NCBI RefSeq assembly: GCF_000143415.4
Contig: NW_003314281.1
Span: 546,833-610,832, forward strand
Direction: 5' to 3'
DNA length: 64,000 nt
From: Selaginella moellendorffii
Taxonomy: Eukaryota; Plantae; Lycopodiophyta
Part shown: one piece after another, positions 10,748-22,990 of the stretch
Numbering within the stretch: the first letter of the stretch is position 1
Layout: every line of letters starts with the position of its first letter
Notes under the pieces: generated by a model
The model's database searches: none
What the model saw: only the letters and a program-made list of their open reading frames with translations
Told to the model about the DNA's origin: nothing
Position numbers and translations under genes: made by a program

Positions 10748-12109
10748 ATGCTTCGTTCCAGAGGGGCCTATGCCCATCTCTTGAAGACGGCGGGGCGCGA
10801 CCTCGCCCTCGCGAGGACGATCGAGGAGTGGATAAAAAAGGATAGATTGGATGGCGATCTCTACATCGCCAATCTGCTGCTCCATTTCTACGGCCGGAGC
10901 GGCGGCGCCCACGACGCCCGGCGAGTCTTCCTCGAGATCCAGCGCCCCAATGTCTTCTCTTGGAACATCCTCTGCCAGGCGCTTGCCGAGAATGGGCATC
11001 AGTCTGACGCCACCGAGCTCTTCCACCAGATGCCGCGGCGCGATCCAGTGTCGTGGTCGTCAATCGTCGCCGCGCAAGTCGAGAGCAGCAATCTCGCGCT
11101 GGCCTTTGAGTTCTTCGCCAAGATCCCGCAGTGGAGCATCTACTGCGTCAACGAGATCGTTACAGCATTTGCCCGTGGGGGCTATCTGGAGCAAATGAAG
11201 GATCTGTTTGACAGGATGGTCGACCGCAGTGTGATCTCGTGGACGACAATTCTTACCGGCTATGGTGATCTCTGTTTGCTAGATCTTGCCGTGGAAGTGT
11301 TTGACAAGATCCCGCAGCGCAATATCGTTGCTTGGAACGCAATGCTTGCGGCATTTGCCTTAAATGGCCATTTGGAAAAGGCGAGGCGTTTGATGGATGA
11401 AATGCCCGAGGCGGATCTCATCTCTTGCGCGACAATGTTGGCGGCGCTGGGAGAGTTTGAGCAGCACGAAGAAGCGGAGTTTCTCTTTAGGAAGATGCCG
11501 GTGAGGAACTTGAGGATCTGGAACTCCATGGCAGCGGCGTATTCGCACAATGGTCTCGTCGATCAGGCCGAGATCTTCTTCGAGAGAATGCCACAGCATG
11601 ATCTCGTCTCGTGGAATTTGATTCTCAAGGCCTACTCGAGGGTGGGATTCATGGCCGAGGCACAGGAGATCTTTGAAAAGCTCCCGAGAAGAGACTCCAT
11701 CTCATGGAACACACTCATGGTTGCCTATGGAAGAGCAAAGCATTTGGAAATGGCCTGGCAGGTCTTCAAGCGTATGCCTCAGAGATCATCGGTGTCGTGG
11801 GCTGTGTTGCTGGAGCTCTTCGCTTTCCACGGAGCATCGTCTAGGCTTGTGGAGAAGATTTTCAAGAAAATGCCGAGCAGGGACCATCTTTCATGGCTGT
11901 TGCTGCTCGAGGCTTATGGTCGCGATGAAAAAGTTGGCGCGATGGAGAGTTTGTTTCAGGCGATGCCTCGGCAATCGCTAGCAGCCGGGACTCGTCTCGT
12001 AGAGGCGTTTCACGATAATGGTTTTGGAGAGAAGGGGTTGGAGTTGTACGAGAGCTTTTCTTTCAAAGATGAGGATTTCCTATGCGAGCTTCAAGATGAG
12101 AGGCATTGA
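10748..12109 (+). CDS. PLS/SS-type pentatricopeptide repeat protein
   Basis: 453 aa of ~31-aa repeats (F..MP.RD.VSWN.M...Y); no recognisable E/DYW tail. Confidence 0.9.
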   Translation: MLRSRGAYAHLLKTAGRDLALARTIEEWIKKDRLDGDLYIANLLLHFYGRSGGAHDARRVFLEIQRPNVFSWNILCQALAENGHQSDATELFHQMPRRDPVSWSSIVAAQVESSNLALAFEFFAKIPQWSIYCVNEIVTAFARGGYLEQMKDLFDRMVDRSVISWTTILTGYGDLCLLDLAVEVFDKIPQRNIVAWNAMLAAFALNGHLEKARRLMDEMPEADLISCATMLAALGEFEQHEEAEFLFRKMPVRNLRIWNSMAAAYSHNGLVDQAEIFFERMPQHDLVSWNLILKAYSRVGFMAEAQEIFEKLPRRDSISWNTLMVAYGRAKHLEMAWQVFKRMPQRSSVSWAVLLELFAFHGASSRLVEKIFKKMPSRDHLSWLLLLEAYGRDEKVGAMESLFQAMPRQSLAAGTRLVEAFHDNGFGEKGLELYESFSFKDEDFLCELQDERH

Positions 12110-12596
12110 TCAAAAGCTTCAAGGAATCAAGCGGATAGCTCTCCTTTTTTCTTCCCATACGTTTTAGATCATGCCTTGGTAGTATGCAAGGCCTTGGATT
12201 AAGCGAACCTGTCATATATCTCGCAAACCAAGGAATTAGAACTGAATTTCTTCTCAGAAAGTTTCGAGGCATTCGTGTCAATATAAGTGAGTCTCTAGAC
12301 GGAAAAGCTTGGAGCTCTCTCAGTTACTTGATCATGCCGCGTGCTAGCTCTTTACTCCCCTGACGTGGAGTAAATGTTCTCCAGCTCGTCATAGTTAAAG
12401 AATAAGGAAGCCATGAGGGTTTGAAGTCGCCATGGCAGCCAGCCTGAAGGTCGACCCTCGGAATCCAATACCATGTGATCATGTGAGAACGTCGACAACA
12501 TGATCGAGACTGCCATTTCGATGATCCAACGAAAGAGTAGTGCTTATTATTTATTAATCCAATTGATCTTGTCAATTTTGTATAGAAATAGATCGA

Positions 12597-14453
12597 TCAC
12601 TTCGCGGTAGAGTGGCTTGTCTTCGTACAAACGCGCGCTTCCTTGTAGACGATCCCCGGCTTGCACAGATATCCTTCCTCCGGAGCGCAGTGGCGATCTT
12701 CGCTGCAAACACACAGCCCTCCGGGCGCGCAGCCATCGCTGGAGCTCACCACACTCCCTCGGATCCCAAGCACAGCATCCGACCACTCGCTGGAAAACCA
12801 GCCGTCGGGATCCATCTTTCGTCTCACCTCGAGAAACTTTGCGAGGTTCCTCGTCTTGGATCTGATGTTCTTAAAAGTGTGAGGCCGGTTCTTCCCGAGG
12901 TGAGGCATGCCATCGTACTTGAACAGGAGGATTTGCTCCAGTTCTTCCATGATCGCCTCGTACGCTTGTGGACGAGCAGAGTCCCTGTGATTGAACGCGA
13001 AGAACTCGACGTGCGTCACGTCCCTCTTCTCGCCGAGATAAGCTCTGGAAGCTCTCACGTTTCGCAGCCACAGCCCTCCATAGGTATCGATCGCGCACAT
13101 CGCCGTGGGATCTCTCGCCAGGATGGCTTTCACGTCGCGGATGAAGCTGCTGACCTGTGACAAAGCTATGGAGATCGAGACGTCGAATCCGAAGAAGCCG
13201 TGAGCGTTGAAATCCCAAGCACAAACCAGCCTCTCGGCCTCCGGAAGCTCCAAGTTCGTGAGGTTCTCGTAAGTGTACTGACATCCTCCCGTTGTTTGGA
13301 GCTTGTGGTTGAATCCAACCACGGGGAAGCCTGTGAAGCTGCTACCATCGTTGAGATATCCACTGCCGGAGGACACCTTGCTCCTCATGGTAACGTGAGC
13401 GTTCTCACAATAGTACGTAGAGTTCACCGTAGCTTGAGCGCGCTCATCTACAAAGCACTCGTGAGTCACACAGAGTTGGCGAGTTCTCAGGAAGTTCCTC
13501 AGAAGTTCTCGGGAAGTTTTTCCTTACGTACCATCTAATCGCGCTCGCTTTGCTGCTGATGCCTTCACCGGCTTGAATCCCGCTAGCGTGAACACACCCT
13601 CGCCCGTACGAGTCACTGGAACTCGATCATCCCTCTTGAGCACAAACTTCTTCACGGATGGAAACCAGTACATGTCTCCAAACTCGTGCCTCCTCGCCAG
13701 ATCCACATACTCCTCCTCGAGCGACGCATCGTCCATCGCCACCGGAGCCACGGACCTCTTAAACATTGGCTCTACGGCAAACGTGACCTGTGACACCGCT
13801 CCAAGAACTCCCAGAGAGATCCTCGCGGCATTGAAGCTCTCTGGCTCCCGATCAGTGAGAGTGACCACTTTCGCGAATCCCTCCTCCTGGGACGCTGGAA
13901 CCACGATCCTCATCCCCACGAGATACTCGTGGGTGCCACCGCCAAGGCCCCACAGACTGCTACCATGGGCTCCAGTGCTCACCATCCCAGACACCGAAAC
14001 TCCATCCCAGAATGTGGTCTGCACGAGCGCAAATCCCTTGCTCGCTGCCTGATCGATCAATTCTCTCAGACCAACTCCAGCATCCGCGATCACGGTCATG
14101 GATTTCTCGTCCACAACTACAGTGGAATTGTACTTACTGGTGGAGATCAGGACTCCCGGGTTGGATCCGTCGTTGGGACAGGCGATCTTGTTGTGAGAGT
14201 GGACGTTCTTGCTTACCACTTTCACCTTGTGCTTGTGACGAACAGCAAACGCCACGGCCGCGACGAGCTCGGGCTCGCTGGTGGGGAAGAAAACCCTGGC
14301 GACTCTGCAGGGCTTGCGATCCGGCCATGGCCCACGGAAGTAATTGTGGAGCTCGCAGCTGCCGCCACTGATGCTGCTTGCGCACTCGATCGTCGCCTCC
14401 GCGCTGGAAATCTCTCCGGAGAGCGTCGCGAGGAGGAGCAGCGAGAGAAACAT
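12597..14453 (-). CDS. Secreted L-gulonolactone oxidase-like FAD oxidoreductase (GULLO family), 2 exons
   Basis: Signal peptide; WPDRKPC, VHSHNKIACP, STGAHGSSLWG, SLGVLGAVSQVT, EELEQILLFKY, PHLGKNR, DPDGWFSSEWSD, Cys-rich C-terminus. Confidence 0.88.
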
Positions 14454-14489
14454 TGCCAAACGAATAAGAAAAGTTATTACAAAAAACTG

Positions 14490-15738
14490 TTAGTAAAATA
14501 TTCGAAAGATGCTTCGTATCTCCTCGCGAGAACGATCGAGGAATGGATCAAGATGGATTGGATTGGATACATCGCCAATCTGCTGCTCCATCTCCACGGC
14601 CGGAACGGCAGCGCCCACGCGAGTCTTCCAAACATCCTCTGCGCCGAAAATGGGTATCTCCGACGCCACCGAGCTCTTCCACCAGATGCCGCGGCGCGAT
14701 CCAGTGTCGTGGTCGTCAATCTTCGCCGCGCATGTCGAGAGCAGAATCCTCGCCCTGGCGTTTGATTTCTTCGTCAAGATCCCGCAGTGGAGCATCTACT
14801 GCGTAAATGCGATTGTGACAGCATGCCTGTGGGGGGGTATACAGATCGAATGAAGGACCTCTTCGACAGTATGGTCGATCGTAGCGTTATTCCGTGGACG
14901 ACGATTCTTACCGGATATGGAGATTTCTTCTTGCTAGAAATTGCCGTGGAAACGTTCAAAAAGATCCCGCAGCGCAATATTGTTGCTTGGAACGCAATGC
15001 TTGCGGCTATTGCCTTTCATGGGCATTTCGACAAGGCGAGGCATTTGATGGATGAGATGCCCGAGGAGGATCTCATCTCTTGCGCGACAATGCTGGCGAC
15101 GCTGCGAGAGTTCGAAAAGCATGAAGAAGTAGAGTTTCTCGCTAGAAAGTTGCCGGTGAAGAACTTGAGATTCTGGAACTCCATGGCAGCGGCAATGGTC
15201 TCGTCGACCAGGCCGAGATCTTGTTCAAGAGAATGCCGCAGCATGATCTCGTCTCGTAGAATTTGATTCTCAAAGCCTACTCGATGGTGGGATTCATGGC
15301 CGAGGCACAGGAGATTTATGAAAAGCTCCCGGGAAGAGACACCATCTCGTAGAAGGTTGCCTATGGAAGAACAAAGCATTTGGAAATGGCTTGGCAGATC
15401 TTCAAACGTATGTCTCAGAGGTCATCGGTCTCGTGAGTTTTGCTCCTGGAGCTCTTCGCTTTCCATGGAGCATCGTCTAGGCTTTTGGAGAAAGATTTTC
15501 AAGAAAATGCCGAGCAGGGACCATCTTTCATGGCTTTTGCTGCTCGAGGCTTATGGCCTGGATGGAAAAGTTGACGCGGTGGAGAGCTTGTTCTGGGCAA
15601 TGCCTCGTAGCAGCCTGGACTCGTCTCACAGAGGCGTTTCACGATAATGGTTTTGGAGAGAAGGGGTTGGAGTTGTACGAGAGCTTTTCTTTCAAAGACG
15701 AGGATTTCCTATGCGAGCTTCAAGATGAGAGGCATTAG
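14490..15738 (+). pseudogene. Frameshifted duplicate of PPR 10748-12109
   Basis: Collinear peptides spread over several frames; identical C-terminus EAFHDNGFGEKGLELYESFSFKDEDFLCELQDERH. Confidence 0.88.
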
Positions 15739-15972
15739 TTTTCCATTACTCTCTCGGAGGAAGCGGAGATTCTGAGCTATAAAATCGGATAGTGATTCTG
15801 GAGATCTGATTCATGCGGTCCTGTGACATACGTTTACATCATGCCTTGGTATGAGCAAGGCCTTGGAAGAAGCGAGCCTGTCATATATCTCCAAGGAATT
15901 ATAAGTGATTCTCTTCTAGAACGTCATTCGTATACACGTTTCGAGCTCTCTCAGTTTTTTTCTTGAAGAATC

Positions 15973-16752
15973 ATGCGGCCCGCCAGCTCTTGCTCTCCTG
16001 CCGTGGGGATGAAGGTCAATCTCCTCTACAAGAAGCCGGATGGCACTGTTCTTTTCCTCGAGGCAAAGAAGGACTTCGTCGATCTCCTCATGAGCTTTCT
16101 CGTGCTTCCGGTGGGGTCTGTGATCAAGCTCCTGCGAACTGTTGATTCCGGCATGGAGACCGGTGCCACGAGGCTGTTTCAGAGCATCGAGAAGATGGAT
16201 CAGTCGAGCATGGAGGTTAGCAAGAGTGTTCTCACCAATCCAGCGCCGGATGCTTCCGCGTTTCGGGGAGGAAAGATGCTCGCCATCGAAGGCTCGCAGT
16301 CGATTACTTCCCCGGTGTACTATAAGTGTGGGCATCCTAGCTGCTACAATGCGAGGGCTGGCAATGCATCCTTTTCATGCCATCACAGCAGATATGAATC
16401 TGTGGAGCTGACGATGCTACCCAACGAAGAAAACTCCACCAAAACTGCTGGCTACGTGAAGGAGAATGTGATCTTCATGATCACCGACGAGCTCGAGGTA
16501 TACCCAACTTCGACCATCAAGAGCATCGTCCTGCTCAACAAGCTCAAGGTGAAAGCTATGGCCGATCTCGAGAGCATCGAGGTCAGCGTGGGCGCTCACG
16601 AGGTTTAAACCGATCTCTCTCGTACTCTGATCTTCCAATGTTTCTTTTGACTTCAGGCCTTGTCTCTGCTCAAGGCGTCGCTGGTTTCGAAGACTGTGCT
16701 CAACGACGTCTTCAAATCCTACGTCTCAAAGCGATCTTATTATCAGGCCTAG
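15973..16752 (+). CDS. DUF674-family protein, copy B (2 exons)
   Basis: Near-identical to 7453-8214 including the intron, opposite strand. Confidence 0.85.
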
Positions 16753-16932
16753 ATCAATCACAAAAATCATGTCATGATGTTAGATTTCTCGTGTAGTTTG
16801 TGCTAGTTACGTAAACACTAGAAAGAATGATGACAAAGTTTGTGGAGTCGAGCTTTCTTAATAAGTTGGGCGTGTTTTTGCGGGGTTTTCTTCCTGCTCT
16901 CGATTTCTCATCCTTAGTGAAAAGTACCGGCT

Positions 16933-17529
16933 ATGTCGCGTTCGACTCGAGCTGCTTTCCGCGGAGGTGATGCGAGTGAATCTCCTGTACAAGAAAGAGC
17001 AGTGGCAAGGTTCTTCCATCGGCGTTGGCGCCGCAAAGTTGTATGACAGCGTCGAGAAGATGGATGAGTCGAGCATGAATCCAGAGCCGGATTCTTCCGC
17101 GTTTCGTGAGGATCGAAGCGCCGGCTACTAAATGTGCTGATTATTTGGGTCTACGATATGATCAAGGCGAGGAAGCTGTCAAGCTCATGTCCTGTCATGG
17201 TTTCGGTGCCGGTGTTAGGAAGATGACCATTGTTTCTTCGGCCAAAGAAGAAGAAGAAGCCGCGATCGCGAAGGCAACCAAGTTCGGCTACGAGAATGTG
17301 ATCTTCATGATCACGGACGAGCTCGACGACATCCACGATCAAAAGCATTGTTTTGCTCAACAAGCTTAAGGTGAAGAGCATGGATGATCTCGAAGCATTG
17401 ATATGAAAGTGATCTTGGAAGTTTTTCTTTGACTTGATCCGATTTTATGAACAGGTTCTTCGCCTGCTCAAAGCGTCGCTGGTTTCCAACACTGTGCTCA
17501 ATGACGTCCTCAAAACTTACGTCCCGTGA
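16933..17529 (+). pseudogene. Older degenerate DUF674 copy
   Basis: MRVNLLYKK, VEKMDESSM, ENVIFMITDELD, LLKASLVSNTVLNDV, with deletions and frameshifts. Confidence 0.75.
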
Positions 17530-17615
17530 TTAGCAAGTGTAATGTGATTGTATTCCAAGAATCTTTGCTACTAGAGATGGAAAGTTAGATCTCCAATCTG
17601 TAAAACTATGCTAAG

Positions 17616-19639
17616 CTACTTATCTTTCAGTGTGTTGTCTCGAACTGACGGCAATGGTGATCGCCTTTCTGACCTTGGGAGGCTCTTGAGAACATCTCGC
17701 AAGGCGTAGTAGTGGCTGTCACATTTGTGATCGGATAGCATCGAGCCAGTGAGCACAATCCTGCTAAATCTCGCATCGCGATTGACCAGCCAGAGCGAGC
17801 ATCCTTGAGCAGCACTGTCACCCTGTTGATCTTTCGTCGAAGCTCGACCGCAAAGATGATAAAGAGTTCCTGGTGAGTATAGCTCCTCATGTTCCTTTAC
17901 GGTCTTTGTCGCCTCACTCTTTGAAGATTCATCCTTCTCCATGATTTGGTTTTTTGGATTTTGTGGAGTAGCTTCTTTTTCTGTATAGGCTGCAGTCAGT
18001 GCAAACTCTTCTTTTTTCTAACCAGAATGATGGAAACTCACTTGGTTCATCTGAAAGACCACGAAGCTTTGCATATATGGCGTACCTACGCGCTGCTTCC
18101 TGCACAGAAGAGATCGCTTGAAGTGTGCTGGCCACCATGTCGAGAAGGCCTGTGCGATTCTCCTCCTCCTTGAAGGCATTCATCCTGATACAAGAAGAAA
18201 AATCGCTGTAAGCTAGGAATGTTCTAAGCATCACTTACCAATCGAGCAGAAGTATCTCGTCTCGCAGTCTTTCCAATGCAGCAGCACTCATTCGTGGTAT
18301 TACGTCATACTGCTTGAAACTGTTCGAGATTATCTTTCCAGTTGACAAGCAAAGACAAAATACAAACCTGTAAAGCTAGCGTTGTCACGTAGCCTGCGCA
18401 TTCTACAGCCAGACTTTTGGAGACACAGGGTGGTGTTGCAATACCAATGGCCGCAACTTGTTCCGGAGGAATACCAAGAAGTTCCACCGATCGTTTGTGT
18501 AGCATCATCGCAAGCAAAGATGCTGTGGCACCCCCCAAAGAGTGGCCAACAATACGAAGTCCATACCCCTTTAAAACCACGAAAGAAGTTACTTCACAAA
18601 AACATGAAAAGCACAAGAACAAAGATAGGCTCACCATGTTTTCTTGCAAACATTTCCTTAAAGTTTGCACCTCGTTGTGAAAAAACCACCTTGCAGCTTG
18701 TGCTGTCCCAAAATGAGCATTGCCCTCGTTGAAAATTTCTTCCTCGCCGTGTGATGCCAAGTCCGTGATGAGATCATGAATCGACTGAGTCCCGCGGATT
18801 CCCAGGATCACAGTTTGCGCCCTATGATCCAACCCGATGTAATACGCAGGTCGCATCACGCTGGCCTTATCCACAAACTTAACGACGTTGCTCTCCTTGA
18901 GCATGGAAATCCGTGCGAGCGCTGCCTCGTTTTTCAAGTAGGCTCCTTTGGCAAGCTCCACGTAGTAGATAAAATCTTCCACCTTGTGATCAATCAAGAA
19001 GGCTTGTTAAAACTTTTCTCCTCCAAGAAAGAAACGAAGAACTCACCAGGACATCGGATTTAACTTGGACTCCTTCGACCACGTCCACAGCGCCTTCGGC
19101 AGCATGGTGAAGAGAAAGGAGATACAAGCCGAGCGTTAAATCTCCTAGTCCCCACTGCTGCATGCCATAGTTACTTCTGTGAAGACAAGCAGCGATGTCT
19201 ACGAGCGAGCGAGTGCTTGGAGGACCAGCGTTTCCTTCAGACTTTCCTTCACACATCCACGCAAACGAGAAAATAACTCAGCTCCATCTCTCTTTTGGTT
19301 CATTCAAGCAAAACTCTAGAAAGCAAAGAGAAGAAGATATCTCTCACCTGGTGGCAATGCCTTGTGATAGAGATTCAATGCCGGCTCGAGAATTCCACTA
19401 AGCCAAGCCAGCTGCTGCCCCCATCGCTTCTTTTCCCTCGCTGCATTGTTGCTGCCCTCCTCGGAGTCGCTCAGCTCTTCGGGGCGCCCTCGCATCGCCG
19501 GGTGCACGGCCGATTGCGAGGCATCGGGCTTGCTACTGTTGCTAGGGCCGCTACTGCTGTGTGGATCACCTGATGAGATAGATCGCCTCCTCCAGGCGTG
19601 GATCACGCCCCAGCTTCGCCGCGATGGCAGAGCCTTCAT
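17616..19639 (-). CDS. Lipase class 3 / diacylglycerol-lipase-like alpha/beta hydrolase, multi-exon
   Basis: WGLGDLTLGLYL, RPAYYIGLDH, GIRGT, AHFGT, nucleophile motif GHSLGG, LYSPGTLYH, SMLSDHKC. Confidence 0.88.
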
Positions 19640-19800
19640 AATTTAGGGCTCTCGCGCTTTTTAGGGCAGAAGAAGCCAAGTCAGCTTTTAGGGCATTTTC
19701 GAGATATTTTATTCAGTCATCGTTGACTAGCGCAAGTCAACAATTACGCCTGCCACGTATCTGCCACGTCTGATTCCCACGTTTTTCTCTTGTGGTGATA

Positions 19801-21625
19801 ATGGCGTTGCTCGTCGAGCGACCGAGCGCCTTCTGGATCGAGGTGCGCTCCCAGGCATGGATCGCGCTCCCCATGGTCGGCGTCACGCTCCTCCAATTCG
19901 CCGTCACGACCGTGGCGATCATGTTCGTGGGGCATCTCGGAGAGCTGGAGCTTGCGAGCGCCGCGATCGCTGGATCGCTGGCCAATGTCACGGGCTACAG
20001 CATCCTGGTGAGTGAAATCTTGCGAGAAAGATCGATTGGGGACTGATTCTTGGTGATATTTCGATCGATTTCTCTTCGGCAGCTGGGGCTGGGGAGCGCT
20101 CTCGAGACTCTTTGCGGCCAGGCCTATGGCGCCAAGCTCTACACGCGCCTTGGGGTCTACTTGCAAAGGGCCGTCTTCGTCGAGTTCCTTGCCGCCATTC
20201 CAATCGCGATTGTGTGGTTCTTCATGGAGCACGTCCTCTTGTTCTTTGGCCAAGACCCTGAGATCTCCAAAAACGCCGGGGTTTTCGCGAGATACTTGCT
20301 GCCGGAGCTCTTCGCGTTCGTGCTGCTCCAGCCGCTGGACAAGTTCCTCCAGTCGCAAAGCCAGGTCTACGTGATGCTCGGGGCCTCGTTCATGAATTTG
20401 CTGCTCAACGCTTTGTTCTGCTGGGTGTCGATCTACAAGCTGGGGATGGGAATCAAAGGGGCGGCATTGTCGGCGAGCCTGGCGAGCTGGATCAACGTAT
20501 CAGTTCTTTCCACGGTGGTGGCGTGCACACCCGCTTGTAGGCGTTGCTGGGGTGGACTCTCGATGGAAATGTTTCGAGACCTCAAACAGTTCATGGCTCT
20601 CGCCATTCCTTCTTTGCTCATGCTCTGGTAAGTTTTTGCTTGGTTTATTTTCCAGCTTTGTCAATGCGTGCATCGTTTATTGGATTCTTCCTTGCAGTTT
20701 GGAATGGTGGTCACTTGAGGCTCTTGTTTTACTCTCAGGGCTGCTGCCAGATCCTCAGCTCGAGACCTCGACCTTCACAATTGTGTGAGTGGCTGCTCTT
20801 TTCACTTTTTCCTCAATGGATAAACTTTCGTTTTCTTATTTTCTACTCCAGATTGAACACGATCCAAATTTTCTTCATGATCGCTTATGGCTTGAGTACT
20901 GCTGCAAGGTAAGTCGCATCTTGATTTTGTTTCACAGTGGAGTCAAATTTCGATTTTTATTCTAGTGTCCGTATAAGCAATGCGCTAGGAGCTGGAGAGG
21001 CGAATGCAGCGAAGCTGGCATTCAAAACATCCATATTCTTTGCAGCCATTGACGCTGTAATCGTGAGTACTACTCTGTTCCTGGCCAGGCACAAGCTGGG
21101 GCACTTGTTCAGCAACGAAGCCGAGGTTGTGAGCTCCGTTTCTAAGCTGATGCCGTTCGTGGTTACAATCAGTATTGTGGATGCGTTCCAAGGGGTTGTC
21201 TCAGGTTTGAAAATGGAAATGGCATACGGTGACATGGTTTAAGATTTTTCTGTCTGCTGTGAACAGGTGTTGCTCGCGGATGTGGATGGCAAGCTTTTGC
21301 CGCGTTTGCCAACCTTGGCTCTTATTACGCTGTTGGATTGCCCGTGGCTTACGTGCTGGCCTTCGTTCTACACATGAACGGAAAGGTGGGCCGAAAAGAC
21401 ACTGAGTTTCCTTGTCTGACTCACGTGATTTTTTCACTTTCAGGGCCTGATCATTGGGATTTTGTGTGGCCTTTCGACGCAAGCGATCTCACTGCTCACT
21501 ATTGCTGTAAGAACCAACTGGACCAAGCAGGTATGCCACCATTAGTTTTTAATCGCGGGTCATGTTTTTTATGTTTCGTATTTCTTTCATGCAGGCACAA
21601 AAGGCTTCGGAGCGAATGCAACTGA
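19801..21625 (+). CDS. MATE/DTX efflux transporter, multi-exon
   Basis: MFVGHLGELELASAAIA, GLGSALETLCGQAYGA, LEWWSLE, SVRISNALGAG, SGVARGCGWQ, NLGSYY. Confidence 0.92.
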
Positions 21626-21850
21626 TCACACCGTTACTGAGTTGATACTGCGTGCAACACTGTTACCTGCATTTTTACTCCCGCAGGGAAGAAAGAAATT
21701 CAATAGTTAGTTCTTCAAATATCTATCTGGATTGGTCTTTTATAGCTAACGTGCTTGTTTTGGTGATCTCACTATGTCTGCAAAGTCGAGATGAGGAGGA
21801 GAAAAATCATCACACCCAGGTAAATTTCCTTTATATGTAACTTATAATCT

Positions 21851-22990
21851 TTCAATCTTGACTTTGCAGTGCAGCTCAAGTAATTGAACACATCACCTTT
21901 AGCAGATGGAAGATTGCTGAGCACTTGCAATGGCCAGGAACCATCCTCGTTCTGCATCTTGAGGAGCAAGTCCACATCTATCGTGTTCCGGATTCCAAAA
22001 CGCCTGCTGGATCAAAGTCGGGAATCTCCCTCTTCACTCCGAAAGTCGCGAGGACCCTACCATACGTGAACAAGAAGTCCTCCTGGCTGAGGTAATAGCG
22101 AGTCCCGTATACTTAACAGATATCCGCCGCTTGACAGATATCTCTAGATCGGCGGACAATTGGGTGATCTTCCATGGAGAGCGCATACGCGAAATAGACA
22201 ACGTTGGCTATGACGACCGGATCCACGCGAGGCCGCTCCACGTCCAGGTACGTGAGAAGCTTGTTTTGATCGTTGACGTTCTCGAGACAAATCTCCAGGA
22301 AGTGCATGGCTTGACGTAGAGACACAAGTCGACATGGTGTCGATGTCCGGCGGATAGCGCGAGACGTCGGGATGGCCGCGCTCGATCAGTACCTGGAGAG
22401 ATTTCATCCAGCCAAGAGGAATGATCTCCCGAAGGCAGAGAGAAGATCTCCGAGACGAGCTCCTGCCCGCCGTTGTCAAACAGGTAGAGTGATTTGAGCT
22501 GCTTGGATCTCACATCCTACTTGACTCGATCCATCCCCAGCTCCACAGCTCGAGGCAGCAGGAACCGACGCTTCAAGAAGTCCTGGCAAGCTTTCTTGTT
22601 GGGCGAGGCATACTGGAGAGCGAGCAAGCTCTCGAATGCGTGTAGCGCGACCATCTCCACGCTTTTGTCGACGATCACAGCATGGGACTTGATATCTCCA
22701 AGGAGGGAATCTAGATCGCGGGAGATTGTATCGAAGTTCTTCCAGGGAAACTTGCTCCCACTCTTGTCGAGGAATTTCAATCCATCCGAGGAGCTAGTGA
22801 CAGTAGCTCCTCGCAGCGAAGCGGCCTCGAGCAGCTTGGAATCCGCGAGGGCTGGCTGCTTGAGCTTGAATTTGCCCGAGATTGCGGCAGCGCGATCGAG
22901 CTCCCCGCAAGCATAGGCGAGGAAGGAGTAGCCCTGCGGAGAAGATCTCGCCATCGTCTCCACATCCAAAGCAAGCAAATCATCTTCTGC
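21851..22990 (-). pseudogene. Broken copy 1 of the HAD-like/class II terpene cyclase gene
   Basis: Collinear with 30213-31622 (YPPDIDTMST, RPRVDPVVIANV, QNEDGSWP) but with many deletions and frameshifts. Confidence 0.85.

Noticed and set aside
13929-14765. 278-aa plus-strand ORF
   Set aside because: Antisense to GULLO, running into the PPR pseudogene in mixed frames
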